Assembly: GCA_000999715.1 (NCBI GenBank)
Contig: LCGL01000001.1
Span: 259,139 to 323,138 of the forward strand
Origin: Candidatus Falkowbacteria bacterium GW2011_GWF2_43_32
Lineage (GTDB): Bacteria; Patescibacteriota; Patescibacteriia; Patescibacteriales; UBA12465
DNA: 64,000 bases
Direction: 5' to 3'
Part shown: piece by piece, positions 48,853 through 58,760 of the stretch
How the letters are laid out: every line of letters begins with the position of its first letter
How positions within the stretch are numbered: position 1 is the stretch's first letter
The notes under the pieces: model-generated
Databases searched by the model: none
Seen by the model: the letters and a program-made list of their open reading frames with translations, nothing else
Told to the model about the DNA's origin: nothing
Made by a program: the position numbers and the translations under genes

Positions 48853-49860
48853 ATGAAAAAAATCATAAAGAATTTATTTTCTCGGGAAAAGTTTACCCGA
48901 GTCACCTTACCGATCCTGCTCGTGGTCGCTTTGGTGCTAATCGGTTTTTTCTCGTTCTACAAGCCAAGCCAAAACTTGTCTCCGGAACAAGCCAAAACCA
49001 AAACCGAGCAATTCATCAACGACTATTTGATGACCGGCGGCAATAAAGCGACCGTTAAAGAAATCACTCGTCTTTACGGCCTGTATAAATTGCAGGTGGA
49101 TATCACCAGCGATGTCGTGGAGTCTTACGTCTCCAAGGACGGGAAATTATTTTTCCCGCAAGCCCTGGACGTCGATCAAATCAGCACCACTCAAAATAAC
49201 GCCGCCACCACCGGCGCCACCGGCGGAAATGCCGCTCAAGTATCGATTAAAAGCGACCGACCGACCGTGGAATTATTCGTCATGAGTTATTGTCCTTACG
49301 GCACTCAAGTAGAAAAGGGCATGCTGCCGGTTTTGGCGGCTCTGGGCGACACCATTTCTTTTGAGTTGAAATTCTGCGATTACGCCATGCATGGCGAAAC
49401 GGAGTTAGCGGAAAATTTAAATCAATATTGTCTGCAAAAAGAACAATCGGATAAATTCGCTCCTTATTTGCAATGCTTCTTGGAAGCCGGCGATTCCGCT
49501 GCTTGTTTGACTGCCGCCAATGTCAATAAAACCAAATTGAACAATTGCGTCGCTAGTACCGACAAGGAATATAAAGTTACGGCCAACTTCCAAAATCAAA
49601 TCGGTTATCAAGGCAGCTACCCGGGTTTTGACGTCAACAAGGCCGATAATCAAAAATACGGCGTCGGCGGTTCTCCGACCTTGATTATCAACGGTCAGGA
49701 AGTTTCCAGCGGTCGCGACTCCGCCTCCTTGCTGAAAACCATCTGCAGTGCCTTCAATGAAGAGCCGGCCGAATGCGCCACCGTCTTGTCCGGCGCCACT
49801 CCGGCCCCCGGTTTCGGTTCCGGCACGACCGCCAACGCGGCCGCGGCCAACTGCGAATAA
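48853..49860 (+). CDS. Membrane-anchored thioredoxin-fold (DsbA/GILT-like) Cys-rich protein
   Basis: N-terminal TM helix, ELFVMSYCPYG, MHGETE, GVGGSPTLIING cis-Pro loop. Confidence 0.75.
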   Translation: MKKIIKNLFSREKFTRVTLPILLVVALVLIGFFSFYKPSQNLSPEQAKTKTEQFINDYLMTGGNKATVKEITRLYGLYKLQVDITSDVVESYVSKDGKLFFPQALDVDQISTTQNNAATTGATGGNAAQVSIKSDRPTVELFVMSYCPYGTQVEKGMLPVLAALGDTISFELKFCDYAMHGETELAENLNQYCLQKEQSDKFAPYLQCFLEAGDSAACLTAANVNKTKLNNCVASTDKEYKVTANFQNQIGYQGSYPGFDVNKADNQKYGVGGSPTLIINGQEVSSGRDSASLLKTICSAFNEEPAECATVLSGATPAPGFGSGTTANAAAANCE

Positions 49861-49989
49861 ATTTAAAGCAGCGAGCCAAACCGTTAAATCATCGGTTAAA
49901 ACTTCAAATAAAAATTGCCAATTAAAAACAAGCTTTGCAAAGCTTGTTTTTAATTATCTCAAATAAATTTAATTACAGCGAACACATTC

Positions 49990-51216
49990 TCAAATCCTTC
50001 CTCGCGCTTTTTCCGCCGCTAAAATTCTCTTGACGGCGATGATATAGGCCGCCTGGCGCAAAGTAATCGCGCCCGGTTTTTCCTGATATTTACCATAAAC
50101 CCGACTCCAGCCGCTCTTCATTTTCTTGTCCAAAAGTTGACGCAAATAATCTTCATCCAAAATTTGTCCGGTTCTGTTTTGCGCCCATTCGAAATAACTG
50201 GTAATGACGCCGCCGGAATTGGCCAAAATATCGGGGACAACGATTTTACCGGCCCCGGCCAAAATTTGCTCCGCTTCGTAATTGACCGGCCCGTTGGCCA
50301 ACTCGACCAGATAATCCGCCTTGATATTGGCCGCATTATCTTTGGTGATTTGGTTCTCCAAAGCGGCCAAAATTAAAATATCCGTTTTTAATTCCAGTAA
50401 TTCCGCATTGCTCACCGACTGTCCGCCCTTATATTCGTTAACGGCTCCGCCGCCGTTCTTTAAAGCGATTAATTCCTTGATATTCAAACCGTCGGCATTG
50501 TAAACGCCACCGCGACTGTCGGAAACACCGATAATCTTATAACCGTCATTGGCCAATTTTTCTGTCATAAACAAGCCGGCGTTTCCAAAACCCTGCACGA
50601 CGATCTTAATGTCCTGACGATCGCTTAAAAAGTTTTTAATCAACTCTTTGGTAATCAAATATCCGCCCTGGGCCGTCGCGTCGCCGCGCATGCTGATGCC
50701 GCCCAATTCTACCGGCTTGCCGGTAATCATGCCCGGCTCGTGCCGTCCTTCCCGTTTTTCAAATTCATCCAACATCCAGGACATAATTTGACCGTTGGTA
50801 TATACGTCCGGCGCCGGCACATCCTTGTCTTGTCCCAGATACTGATGAAATTTACCGATATATTGACGGCTCACTTCCTCCAATTCTTTTTTGTCGGCCG
50901 CTTTCGGATCAAATTTGACGCCGCCTTTCGCGCCGCCGTAAGGAATGTCGGCCAAAGAATTCTTTAAGGCCATCCAAAAAGCCAAAGCTCTCACCTCGTC
51001 TTCGCTGACATCCGGATGAAAGCGGATACCGCCCTTGCCCGGACCGAGCGCTTCGTTAAAAACGATCCGCCAGCTGGGATATTTCCGACCATTAATTTCC
51101 AACTCGGCATAATTTGACTTGACCGGAGCCGAAAAAACGCTCATCTCTTGATCGCTAATACCTTCCAGCGCCTGAATTTCTTTCAAGCGTTTTTGATTAT
51201 CCTCAAAAATACTCAT
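49990..51216 (-). CDS. gdhA: Glutamate dehydrogenase
   Basis: GPGKGGIRF, GGAKGG, DVPAPD, QGFGNAG, ANSGGV..SYFEW. Confidence 0.95.
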   Translation of the reverse strand: MSIFEDNQKRLKEIQALEGISDQEMSVFSAPVKSNYAELEINGRKYPSWRIVFNEALGPGKGGIRFHPDVSEDEVRALAFWMALKNSLADIPYGGAKGGVKFDPKAADKKELEEVSRQYIGKFHQYLGQDKDVPAPDVYTNGQIMSWMLDEFEKREGRHEPGMITGKPVELGGISMRGDATAQGGYLITKELIKNFLSDRQDIKIVVQGFGNAGLFMTEKLANDGYKIIGVSDSRGGVYNADGLNIKELIALKNGGGAVNEYKGGQSVSNAELLELKTDILILAALENQITKDNAANIKADYLVELANGPVNYEAEQILAGAGKIVVPDILANSGGVITSYFEWAQNRTGQILDEDYLRQLLDKKMKSGWSRVYGKYQEKPGAITLRQAAYIIAVKRILAAEKARGRI

Positions 51217-51248
51217 ACGATTATTTATTGGACCGACGGAGGCCGATC

Positions 51249-51581
51249 TTATTGCAAGAAAGCTCCGAGGTCCGCTTTTAAGGTTTCTTTGTTTTTTAAG
51301 CCGATAAACTCCGCAATCACTTTTCCGTCTTTAAACAGCTTCATATTGGGAATATTTTGAATCTGATACTCCGCCGCCAATTCTTGATTGGCCGGATTTT
51401 CAATATCCACTTTGGCGATTTTCACTTTATCGGCCATCTCCATGGCCATTTCATCCAAAATCGGGCCCATCATTTTACAGGGCATGCACCAAGGCGCCCA
51501 AAAATCCACTAATACCGGCTGAGCGCTGTTCAAAACCTCGGCCGCGAAATTTTCTTTGTTGACTTCTAAGGGTTTAGACAT
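51249..51581 (-). CDS. trxA: Thioredoxin
   Basis: DFWAPWCMPCK. Confidence 0.95.
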   Translation of the reverse strand: MSKPLEVNKENFAAEVLNSAQPVLVDFWAPWCMPCKMMGPILDEMAMEMADKVKIAKVDIENPANQELAAEYQIQNIPNMKLFKDGKVIAEFIGLKNKETLKADLGAFLQ

Positions 51582-51654
51582 AAGTTTATTTCTTAATTTA
51601 TTATTATTTATTAGCCTGTCTGCTATTTTTTATTGTCGTTACTTATTATCGCGA

Positions 51655-51915
51655 TTATTTATTGATTATTTCTTTAAACATTTTTTCCAACCTGATTTTG
51701 TTCGGTTGGCGATAATTCACCAAACAATGACTTAATTCGGCCGTCACAATCTTTTCCATTAAGGCCGCCAGTGCGGAACGCGCCGCCTTCAATTGAATAA
51801 GCGGGGCAAAACAATCCCGGCGTTCGTCGGCCAGCATTTTTTTCACACCTTCCAATTGGCCAATAATATTGTTTATTCTTTGTTCGGCGGTTTTGATCCG
51901 TTTATTCACTTTCAT
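51655..51915 (-). CDS. CsoR/RcnR-family repressor
   Basis: RINNIIGQLEGVKKM, RDC..LIQLKAARSAL, C-terminal HC; start at MKVNK. Confidence 0.88.
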   Translation of the reverse strand: MKVNKRIKTAEQRINNIIGQLEGVKKMLADERRDCFAPLIQLKAARSALAALMEKIVTAELSHCLVNYRQPNKIRLEKMFKEIINK

Positions 51916-51922
51916 ATATCCT

Positions 51923-51952
51923 ATTATATAACACACCCCTATGGGGTGTCAA
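51923..51952 (-). promoter_or_regulatory. Promoter with a CsoR-type C/G-tract operator
   Basis: TTGACA..TATAAT with the palindrome ACACCCC-TAT-GGGGTGT (51933-51949) overlapping the -35 and spacer. Confidence 0.8.
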
Positions 51953-51984
51953 GAGGCGAGTCATTTTGGCGGCCAAACCGACGC

Positions 51985-52677
51985 TTATCGGCGCACGACG
52001 CACCAATAAGACCGATTGCGAAAACTCTCGACAACGACGCTGCCGGCCGCGGCCATCGTTTTTTTCAACTCCCGTCCGGTAAACACATGATAATAACGCT
52101 GGCTGACGATTTGACCCGCCGAGTTCTTCCAGGGGAAGATCAGCTCCCGCCAGCCGGCCGTATGTCGACCCATGATTCGCCGCCAAATATTCTTTAACAA
52201 GCGACGGCGATCTTTCGCCTGCGACCATAAATTCCAAACGCTAATCACCAAATATCCTCCGGGTTTCAGTTTTGCCAACATTTCTTCCACGGCTTTAACC
52301 CGCCGCTCTTTTGTCGGCAAATGATGCAGAACCGCCAAACAAAATACCCAATCAAAATCCGTTTCGGGCACGACGCCAAGATCTAAAATGTCGGCAATGA
52401 AAAATTTTCTGTCCGGATAAGCGTGTTGCGCTTGAGCCAACATCTCGGCGCTATTGTCCGTCCCCCGATATTCTATCGGCTTATCGACAAAGGCTTCCAA
52501 AAGTCGTCCGTTGCCGCAACCGACATCCAAAACCCGACTGCCCTCGCACACTCGCTCGGCAAAAAATTTCATTTCCGGCCAAATTTCTTTTTTTCTGGTA
52601 ATATCAAAATCAACGGCAATTTCCCGATAATTGCGCTTCACCAGCTCCATTAGTTTGTCGGCCGTCGTCGTTTTCAT
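51985..52677 (-). CDS. Class I SAM methyltransferase, Trm9/ALKBH8-like
   Basis: Y.EIA..F..TR...WP, LDVGCGNGR, AVLHHLPT.ERR, PW..RYYHVF...EL. Confidence 0.8.
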   Translation of the reverse strand: MKTTTADKLMELVKRNYREIAVDFDITRKKEIWPEMKFFAERVCEGSRVLDVGCGNGRLLEAFVDKPIEYRGTDNSAEMLAQAQHAYPDRKFFIADILDLGVVPETDFDWVFCLAVLHHLPTKERRVKAVEEMLAKLKPGGYLVISVWNLWSQAKDRRRLLKNIWRRIMGRHTAGWRELIFPWKNSAGQIVSQRYYHVFTGRELKKTMAAAGSVVVESFRNRSYWCVVRR

Positions 52678-52742
52678 GCCGTTAAAATTAAACTTAAATA
52701 TGACTACTTAAATATGGTTACCTATATACCTGTCTCGAATAT

Positions 52743-54524
52743 TTAGCCTAAGTATTCTTTATGAAGATAGTTTTCTCCGCCACGGGAACTGTTCCTGTGA
52801 AGCTTGACGCAACTGTCGCAACGTCCGCAAGGTTTGGCGTTCATATCGCCGAAATATTTCAAAATATATTCTTGCCGACAACCCGGATGATAAGCGTAAT
52901 TTTCCATTTCGGCCAGCTTTTCGTAAGCGCACACCGCCTTGTCTTTCAAAGCTTTAAAATCCAAATTCAAATCTTCCGGCGCGACTATTTTCAAAATCTT
53001 GATTTCCGTGCCGCGATACGGCGGCCGATATTCCACCAAATCTTTTTCCGCCAATTTTTTGACGGCGCGCAACAAAGAGTCTTTTTTAATTTTTAACACC
53101 ACCGCCACCTCCTCCGGACTGAATTGCCAACCGTTTTGCAATTCAACCGAATATTTTTCGCCCAATCCGGCCACTATTTGCGCTTGACTGCGGGCGCGTT
53201 GACCGACGGCGGCCGCCACCTCCGCCCAATCTTTTTTCGCTCTTAAAAAAGAGCTGGCGGTTTTTTCGTTCGGTCGCGCGATATAAGCTTCTCTTTCCAA
53301 AATTTTCAGCGCCGTCCCGATCGCCATTTCCGGCACGGACTCGGACAGGCTCTGCGCTATTTCCGCGTAAGTGATCAAAATTGAAGCGGACGGATCAATC
53401 TCCATTCCGGCGCGATTCAACAAAAAATCATATATTTCCAAAATTATTTTCGGATCGGGATTGTCGCCTTTGATGAAAAACTCCCGCAGATAGCGGTCTT
53501 GTTGATGATAAAATAACAAACAAAAACTGTCTTTTCCGTCCCGACCGGCGCGACCGGCCTCTTGATAATACGCTTCGATTGTCCCCGGCAAATCATGATG
53601 AATAACGAACCGAATATCTTTCTTATTAATCCCTAAACCAAAAGCGTTAGTCGCCACCACGACCGAAGCCTTGTCGGACATGAATTGTTCCTGAACCCAG
53701 TCGCGACTGTCCGCATCCATGCCGGCATGATAGCCAACCGCTTTAACGTCGTTCTCCACCAAAGCTTCCAAAATTTCATCGGCTTTGGCGCGCGTACCGG
53801 CATAAATAATCCCGGAACCGAATTCGGGGTTGGTAGTCAAAAGATTGACTATATTTTCGATTTTTTGTCCGTTAGAAGTCGGCACTACCGCGAATTGCAA
53901 GTTCGGACGAGCAAAACCGGTGACCACCGTATCGGCGTTCTTGATGCCCAATTGTTTAATGATGTCGTCGCGCACTTCCGGCGTGGCCGTCGCGGTCAAA
54001 GCTGCTACCGTCGGCGAACCGACCGATTTGATAACTTCTTTCAATCTGAGATAGCTGGGACGAAAATCATGTCCCCATTGGCTGATGCAATGGGCTTCGT
54101 CAATCGCAAACAAAGAAACTTTAATTTGTCGAAGTTCCGTCAAAAAACTTTGATTATAAAACCGTTCCGGCGCGACATAGACTATCTTATAAACGCCCGC
54201 TCTTATCTGCGCCAAACGCCGAGACGTTTCCAAAAGCGAAATTGAGGAATTGATAAAAACCGCCGGAATGCCGACGCGATCCAAAGAATCCACCTGATCC
54301 TTCATCAAGGCAATCAAGGGCGACACGACTATCGTTATCCCTTCCAAAACTAAAGCCGGCAATTGATAAATCAAAGACTTTCCGCCGCCGGTCGGCAAAA
54401 CCACGACCGTATCGCGGCCGGCCAAAATATTATCAATCGCCCTTTCTTGACCGGGCCAAAAAGATTCATAACCGAAATGAATTTTTAACAATTCCTGAAG
54501 TTGTTTTTTCTGTTTTTGAATCAT
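52743..54524 (-). CDS. recQ: RecQ-family DNA helicase
   Basis: PTGGGKS, DEAHCISQWGHDFRP, QEAGRAGRDG, CR..CGRCDSC. Confidence 0.95.
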   Translation of the reverse strand: MIQKQKKQLQELLKIHFGYESFWPGQERAIDNILAGRDTVVVLPTGGGKSLIYQLPALVLEGITIVVSPLIALMKDQVDSLDRVGIPAVFINSSISLLETSRRLAQIRAGVYKIVYVAPERFYNQSFLTELRQIKVSLFAIDEAHCISQWGHDFRPSYLRLKEVIKSVGSPTVAALTATATPEVRDDIIKQLGIKNADTVVTGFARPNLQFAVVPTSNGQKIENIVNLLTTNPEFGSGIIYAGTRAKADEILEALVENDVKAVGYHAGMDADSRDWVQEQFMSDKASVVVATNAFGLGINKKDIRFVIHHDLPGTIEAYYQEAGRAGRDGKDSFCLLFYHQQDRYLREFFIKGDNPDPKIILEIYDFLLNRAGMEIDPSASILITYAEIAQSLSESVPEMAIGTALKILEREAYIARPNEKTASSFLRAKKDWAEVAAAVGQRARSQAQIVAGLGEKYSVELQNGWQFSPEEVAVVLKIKKDSLLRAVKKLAEKDLVEYRPPYRGTEIKILKIVAPEDLNLDFKALKDKAVCAYEKLAEMENYAYHPGCRQEYILKYFGDMNAKPCGRCDSCVKLHRNSSRGGENYLHKEYLG

Positions 54525-54628
54525 TATAGTTAGCAGATAAATTGGCTAATATCAAATAAATTATTATCACAAGCTTGACAAAATAATAAAATAATTATAT
54601 AATTATTTCATCATCAATACTTTGACAT

Positions 54629-54814
54629 ATGAATGTTTCGCCCACTTCTCCAGTTTTAATTGCCCGGGCTGGTTTTGTTCTTTGCGCAGTCCTGACAGTC
54701 ATATTGTTCTTTTTGTCTATCGGCGGTCGTTTCAACGATCCCGAAATATCAATTTCCGCGACGGGAGTAGCTTTTATTTTAACTATCATTTGCTTATATC
54801 GAAGCGTCAAATGA
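54629..54814 (+). CDS. Small 2-TM hypothetical protein
   Basis: Two hydrophobic segments; TTGACA..TATAAT promoter at about 54575-54603. Confidence 0.5.
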   Translation: MNVSPTSPVLIARAGFVLCAVLTVILFFLSIGGRFNDPEISISATGVAFILTIICLYRSVK

Positions 54815-54843
54815 AAACGCTCGTGAAAATTTAGACCGTTCAT

Positions 54844-55653
54844 TCAGGCGGTCTTTTTTATTTCCCGATTTCTTTTGTAAATTTCCAAAACATTTTTAAA
54901 TAAAAAAGCAATCGTCATCGGTCCGATTCCTCCCGGTACCGGCGTAATGAAACCGGCTCGATCTTTAATATCTTCAAAATCAACATCGCCCAAAATTTGA
55001 TCGCCCTTTTTCGTAATGCCGATATCGATAATCGTTGCCCCTTCCTTGATCATGTCTTTTTTTATTTTTTGCGGTTCGCCCAAAGCGGTAATCAATAAAT
55101 CGGCGACCACCGATTGGCTTTTCGGGACAATCTGCAAACCGAGTTTTTCCAAGGCCTCTTTAATGCTCAAACCGAATATTTCGGAATTATATAAAACACA
55201 AGCGGTTTTTCCGACGGCCGAAAATTTTATGGATTCCAGGCAAGCCAATACGGAAGCCAGAACCGGAGAAACAACATACTCCGGATGGCGCGGATGAAAA
55301 CCGTCCGCATCTTTTTGAGAATCAATGGCGGCGATGATCTTGTCAGCATCAAATTTGCTCGGCAACGGCAATTGCACCAAAATGGCGTCAATCAAAACAT
55401 CTTTATTCAAAAAATCAAGCACTTCCAAAATTTCTTTTTCCGAGCTGTCGCCGGCCAATTTGTAAATATGAGTGTCAACGCCGACAACTTTACCGACACG
55501 CTCCTTTAAAGACACATATAATTTGGAATCCTCCCGATCGCCCACTAAAACAACGGCCAAGTTCGGTCTTGGTCCGTTAAATTCGTATATTTCTCGCGCG
55601 ATTCGATCTTTAATTTTGTCGGCAAGCTTGGCGCCGTCAATTATTTTTACCAT
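54844..55653 (-). CDS. folD: Methylenetetrahydrofolate dehydrogenase/cyclohydrolase
   Basis: IIDG, S..YV..K, LVQLPLP, KDADG, TPVPGGIGPMT. Confidence 0.93.
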   Translation of the reverse strand: MVKIIDGAKLADKIKDRIAREIYEFNGPRPNLAVVLVGDREDSKLYVSLKERVGKVVGVDTHIYKLAGDSSEKEILEVLDFLNKDVLIDAILVQLPLPSKFDADKIIAAIDSQKDADGFHPRHPEYVVSPVLASVLACLESIKFSAVGKTACVLYNSEIFGLSIKEALEKLGLQIVPKSQSVVADLLITALGEPQKIKKDMIKEGATIIDIGITKKGDQILGDVDFEDIKDRAGFITPVPGGIGPMTIAFLFKNVLEIYKRNREIKKTA

Positions 55654-55694
55654 ACTGCTTGATACAATCAAATTAATTTATCGATTGAAATAAT

Positions 55695-56936
55695 TTATTT
55701 GGTCGGAATCGGAAACTTGACACACAAATCTTGAACTCGTTTTTTGATGACATCCAGTGTTTCTTGATCGTCTTTATTGCGCAAAGCTTCATCAATATAT
55801 CCCGCCACCGCCAGAATTTCCTTTTCTTTCAAGCCGCGCGTCGTTACGGCCGGCGTCCCGATTCTGATACCCGAAGGGTTCAAGGGCGGATTCGGATCGT
55901 TCGGAATGGTGGAACGAGAAACCGATAAACCGATTTTTTCCAACACCTGTTCCGCCTCTTTGCCGGCCAAACCTTTATCGCTCAAATCCAAAATAAATAA
56001 ATGATTATCCGTGCCGCCGGAAACAATCCGATAACCGAGCCTGATAAATTCTTCGGCCATCGCTTGCGCGTTCAGAATGATTTGCCGGGCATATTCCTTA
56101 AACTCCGGTCGAAGCGCCTCGCCGAAAGCAATCGCTTTAGCGGCCGTAATATGATCATGCGGCCCGCCTTGCATGCCCGGAAAAACCGCCATATCCACCT
56201 GTTTGGCAAACTTTTCTTTACACATGATGATCGCTCCCCGCGGCCCGCGCAAAGTTTTATGCGTTGTCGTGGACACGACATCAAAAATCGGTACCGGATT
56301 TTTAATTTGCTTCGCCGCGATCAGCCCCGCAATGTGCGCAATGTCCGCAAAAGTATAGGCGCCGATTTCATCGGCGATATCTTTAAATTTTTGCCAATCA
56401 ATTTCCCGCGAATAAGCGCTAAACCCCGCCACAATCATTTTTGGTTTTTCTTTCAAAGCGATGGCGCGAACTTCGTCCATATCAATTCGTCCCGTAACCG
56501 GATTAACTCCATATTGAACGAAATTATATAAACGACCGGAAAAATTAACCTTATGTCCGTGCGAAAGATGACCGCCATGATCCAATCTCAAGCCCAAAAC
56601 CTTATCGCCCGGATTTAAAAAAGCCATATAAACCGCGGCATTGGCCGGCGAGCCGGACAAAGGTTGAACATTGACATGCTCGGCCTCAAATAATTTCTTG
56701 GCTCTTTCAATCGCCAAATTTTCCATTTCGTCAATCACCGCGTTACCGCCATAATAACGTTTTCCGGCATAACCTTCGCTGTATTTATTGGTCAACACCG
56801 TCGCCATGGCCTCCAAAACCGCCGGGGAAACATAATTCTCCGAAGCAATCAGCTCCAGTTCGTGATTTTGCCGCTCTTCTTCTTTTTTCACCACCTCCCA
56901 AACGGCCGAATCCTGTTGTAAACGGCTGTATTTCAT
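55695..56936 (-). CDS. glyA: Serine hydroxymethyltransferase
   Basis: LIASEN, YSEGY..KRYYGG, GGHLSHG, TTTHKTLRGPRG. Confidence 0.98.
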   Translation of the reverse strand: MKYSRLQQDSAVWEVVKKEEERQNHELELIASENYVSPAVLEAMATVLTNKYSEGYAGKRYYGGNAVIDEMENLAIERAKKLFEAEHVNVQPLSGSPANAAVYMAFLNPGDKVLGLRLDHGGHLSHGHKVNFSGRLYNFVQYGVNPVTGRIDMDEVRAIALKEKPKMIVAGFSAYSREIDWQKFKDIADEIGAYTFADIAHIAGLIAAKQIKNPVPIFDVVSTTTHKTLRGPRGAIIMCKEKFAKQVDMAVFPGMQGGPHDHITAAKAIAFGEALRPEFKEYARQIILNAQAMAEEFIRLGYRIVSGGTDNHLFILDLSDKGLAGKEAEQVLEKIGLSVSRSTIPNDPNPPLNPSGIRIGTPAVTTRGLKEKEILAVAGYIDEALRNKDDQETLDVIKKRVQDLCVKFPIPTK

Positions 56937-56965
56937 ATAAATTAAGTTAAACCGACACCTTTATC

Positions 56966-58657
56966 TTAGTTTAGAGAAGGCGGTTTGTCAAAATGCTTGC
57001 CGATAATTTTAACCATGTAATCGCCGCGACGCCGATAACCGAATTTCTTATAATAACCCCTCACGCCGACTCCGGAAATCACGGCTATTTTAAAGCCCGA
57101 CCGACCGTTCGTCCGCTTTTTTATTTTAGATCGATTTTTATCCGGACAAATTAATTCTTGTCCGGCAATTTTTTCCGCCTCATTCAATAATTTTCTGCCC
57201 CAACCGCTATGCTGAGTTTTTTTGTCGGCGCCGACAATTGTTTCTTCTCCGACGGAAGCCAATTCTCCATAAACATGCAGTTCGCGAATGATCGCCGGTG
57301 CAATCGGGCTGGACGAATCAATTCGCAAACGACAAAAGCCATATAAAGTTTTTCCGTCGCGACTGTCAACGCTGATAAAATATTCTGTGCCGGCGGAAGC
57401 CGGATATTTTACCACATTAATTTCGGCTGCGCCGATTTTTCCGTCTTTCACTTCGCGACAACGAATACAAGCGCATTTCACTCCCTGATCCTTCATCATC
57501 TGCCGCAAATTCGTAATTTTATTGCCGGCCACGATAGATTCGCCCGGAATATCGCGAATCAAACGAATAATCCGCACATATCTCGGAACGGCCGTCTTGC
57601 ATTTGACGATCAATTCCCGCAAAACCTTATCCGAATAAGGCTTATATTTTCCTTGTCGATACCAACGATACAATAAGCTCCCTTTCGTCACGACCGTGGG
57701 ATAGAATTTGATTTGATCAGGCTGAAATCTCTCGTCCACAAACAATTTCTTAAACATCGCCAAATCTTTCGCCGGCGTTGCGCCGGGGAGAGCCGGCATC
57801 AAATGATAAGTAACTTTAAAGCCGTATTTTTTTAAAGCGGCGGTCGCGACGGCGATGGCCGCTACGCCATGACCGCGTTTATTAAGTTTGAGAATCTTAT
57901 CATCAATCGCTTGCACTCCTATTTCCACTCGCGTACAGCCCAATTCCCGCATTTCGCGCAATTCCTCTTCATTAATATAATCCGGTCTGGTTTCTAAAGT
58001 CAGTCCGATAATCTTATAACGCGCTGTTTCATTTTTAACTTGTTCTTTTTTCAATTCTCGGCGTAAAATCGCCAAACTTAAGGTCTGCTTCGTTTTTTTT
58101 GTTCGTTCAGTCAATGATTTTTTAATTTTTTCGTAATCATTGGCCGCTTTAAAACAATTTAAAATATACCAATATTTATATTTGACCGGCAAATAACTCC
58201 AAGTACCGCCGATAACGATAATTTCAATCTTGGTCGGCTCGTGTCCATTATTTTCCAAAGCTCGCAACCGCGTCACGACCTGGCTATAAGGATCATAGCC
58301 GCAACGAATGGCTCTCATCACGGCCGGCTCATTGGACAAATAGCTGGTGGGTACGTCTTTTTCATGAGGACAATAAGCACACTGGCCGGGACAAGGATAT
58401 GATTTGGTCAAAACCGCCACCGGCGCGATTCCGGAAAGAGTACGCACCGAACGTTTCCGCAAAATACCCAAAAAAGCAGTCAACGGCGGAATTTTTCCGG
58501 CCGACAATAAAATCCGATATTCTTTTAAAATATCGGCATTAGAAATCGCCAATAAACCGTATTTTTTGCAAATCCTTCTTTTAACGGCTTCCAAATCATC
58601 GCGATTCTTCAAGTTTGGCGCACTATTTTTCAATAATTCGTTTATTGCCTCCGACAT
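56966..58657 (-). CDS. elp3: Elp3 tRNA uridine(34) acetyltransferase (radical SAM plus GNAT)
   Basis: RTLSGIAPVAV, CPGQCAYCP, ETRPD, IRELHVYG, QHSGWG, VISGVGVRGYY. Confidence 0.95.
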   Translation of the reverse strand: MSEAINELLKNSAPNLKNRDDLEAVKRRICKKYGLLAISNADILKEYRILLSAGKIPPLTAFLGILRKRSVRTLSGIAPVAVLTKSYPCPGQCAYCPHEKDVPTSYLSNEPAVMRAIRCGYDPYSQVVTRLRALENNGHEPTKIEIIVIGGTWSYLPVKYKYWYILNCFKAANDYEKIKKSLTERTKKTKQTLSLAILRRELKKEQVKNETARYKIIGLTLETRPDYINEEELREMRELGCTRVEIGVQAIDDKILKLNKRGHGVAAIAVATAALKKYGFKVTYHLMPALPGATPAKDLAMFKKLFVDERFQPDQIKFYPTVVTKGSLLYRWYRQGKYKPYSDKVLRELIVKCKTAVPRYVRIIRLIRDIPGESIVAGNKITNLRQMMKDQGVKCACIRCREVKDGKIGAAEINVVKYPASAGTEYFISVDSRDGKTLYGFCRLRIDSSSPIAPAIIRELHVYGELASVGEETIVGADKKTQHSGWGRKLLNEAEKIAGQELICPDKNRSKIKKRTNGRSGFKIAVISGVGVRGYYKKFGYRRRGDYMVKIIGKHFDKPPSLN

Positions 58658-58760
58658 ACATTTAAGCTATAATTGAACTATCAATTTGAACTGTCAATCG
58701 TTCAATATTCACTTAACAATATAACATTTTTTTAAATTTAACAACACACACTTGATTTCT

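Noticed and set aside
52692..52716. Short tandem ACTTAAATATG x2 between recQ and the methyltransferase
   Set aside because: Only two AT-rich copies, which is insufficient evidence for function
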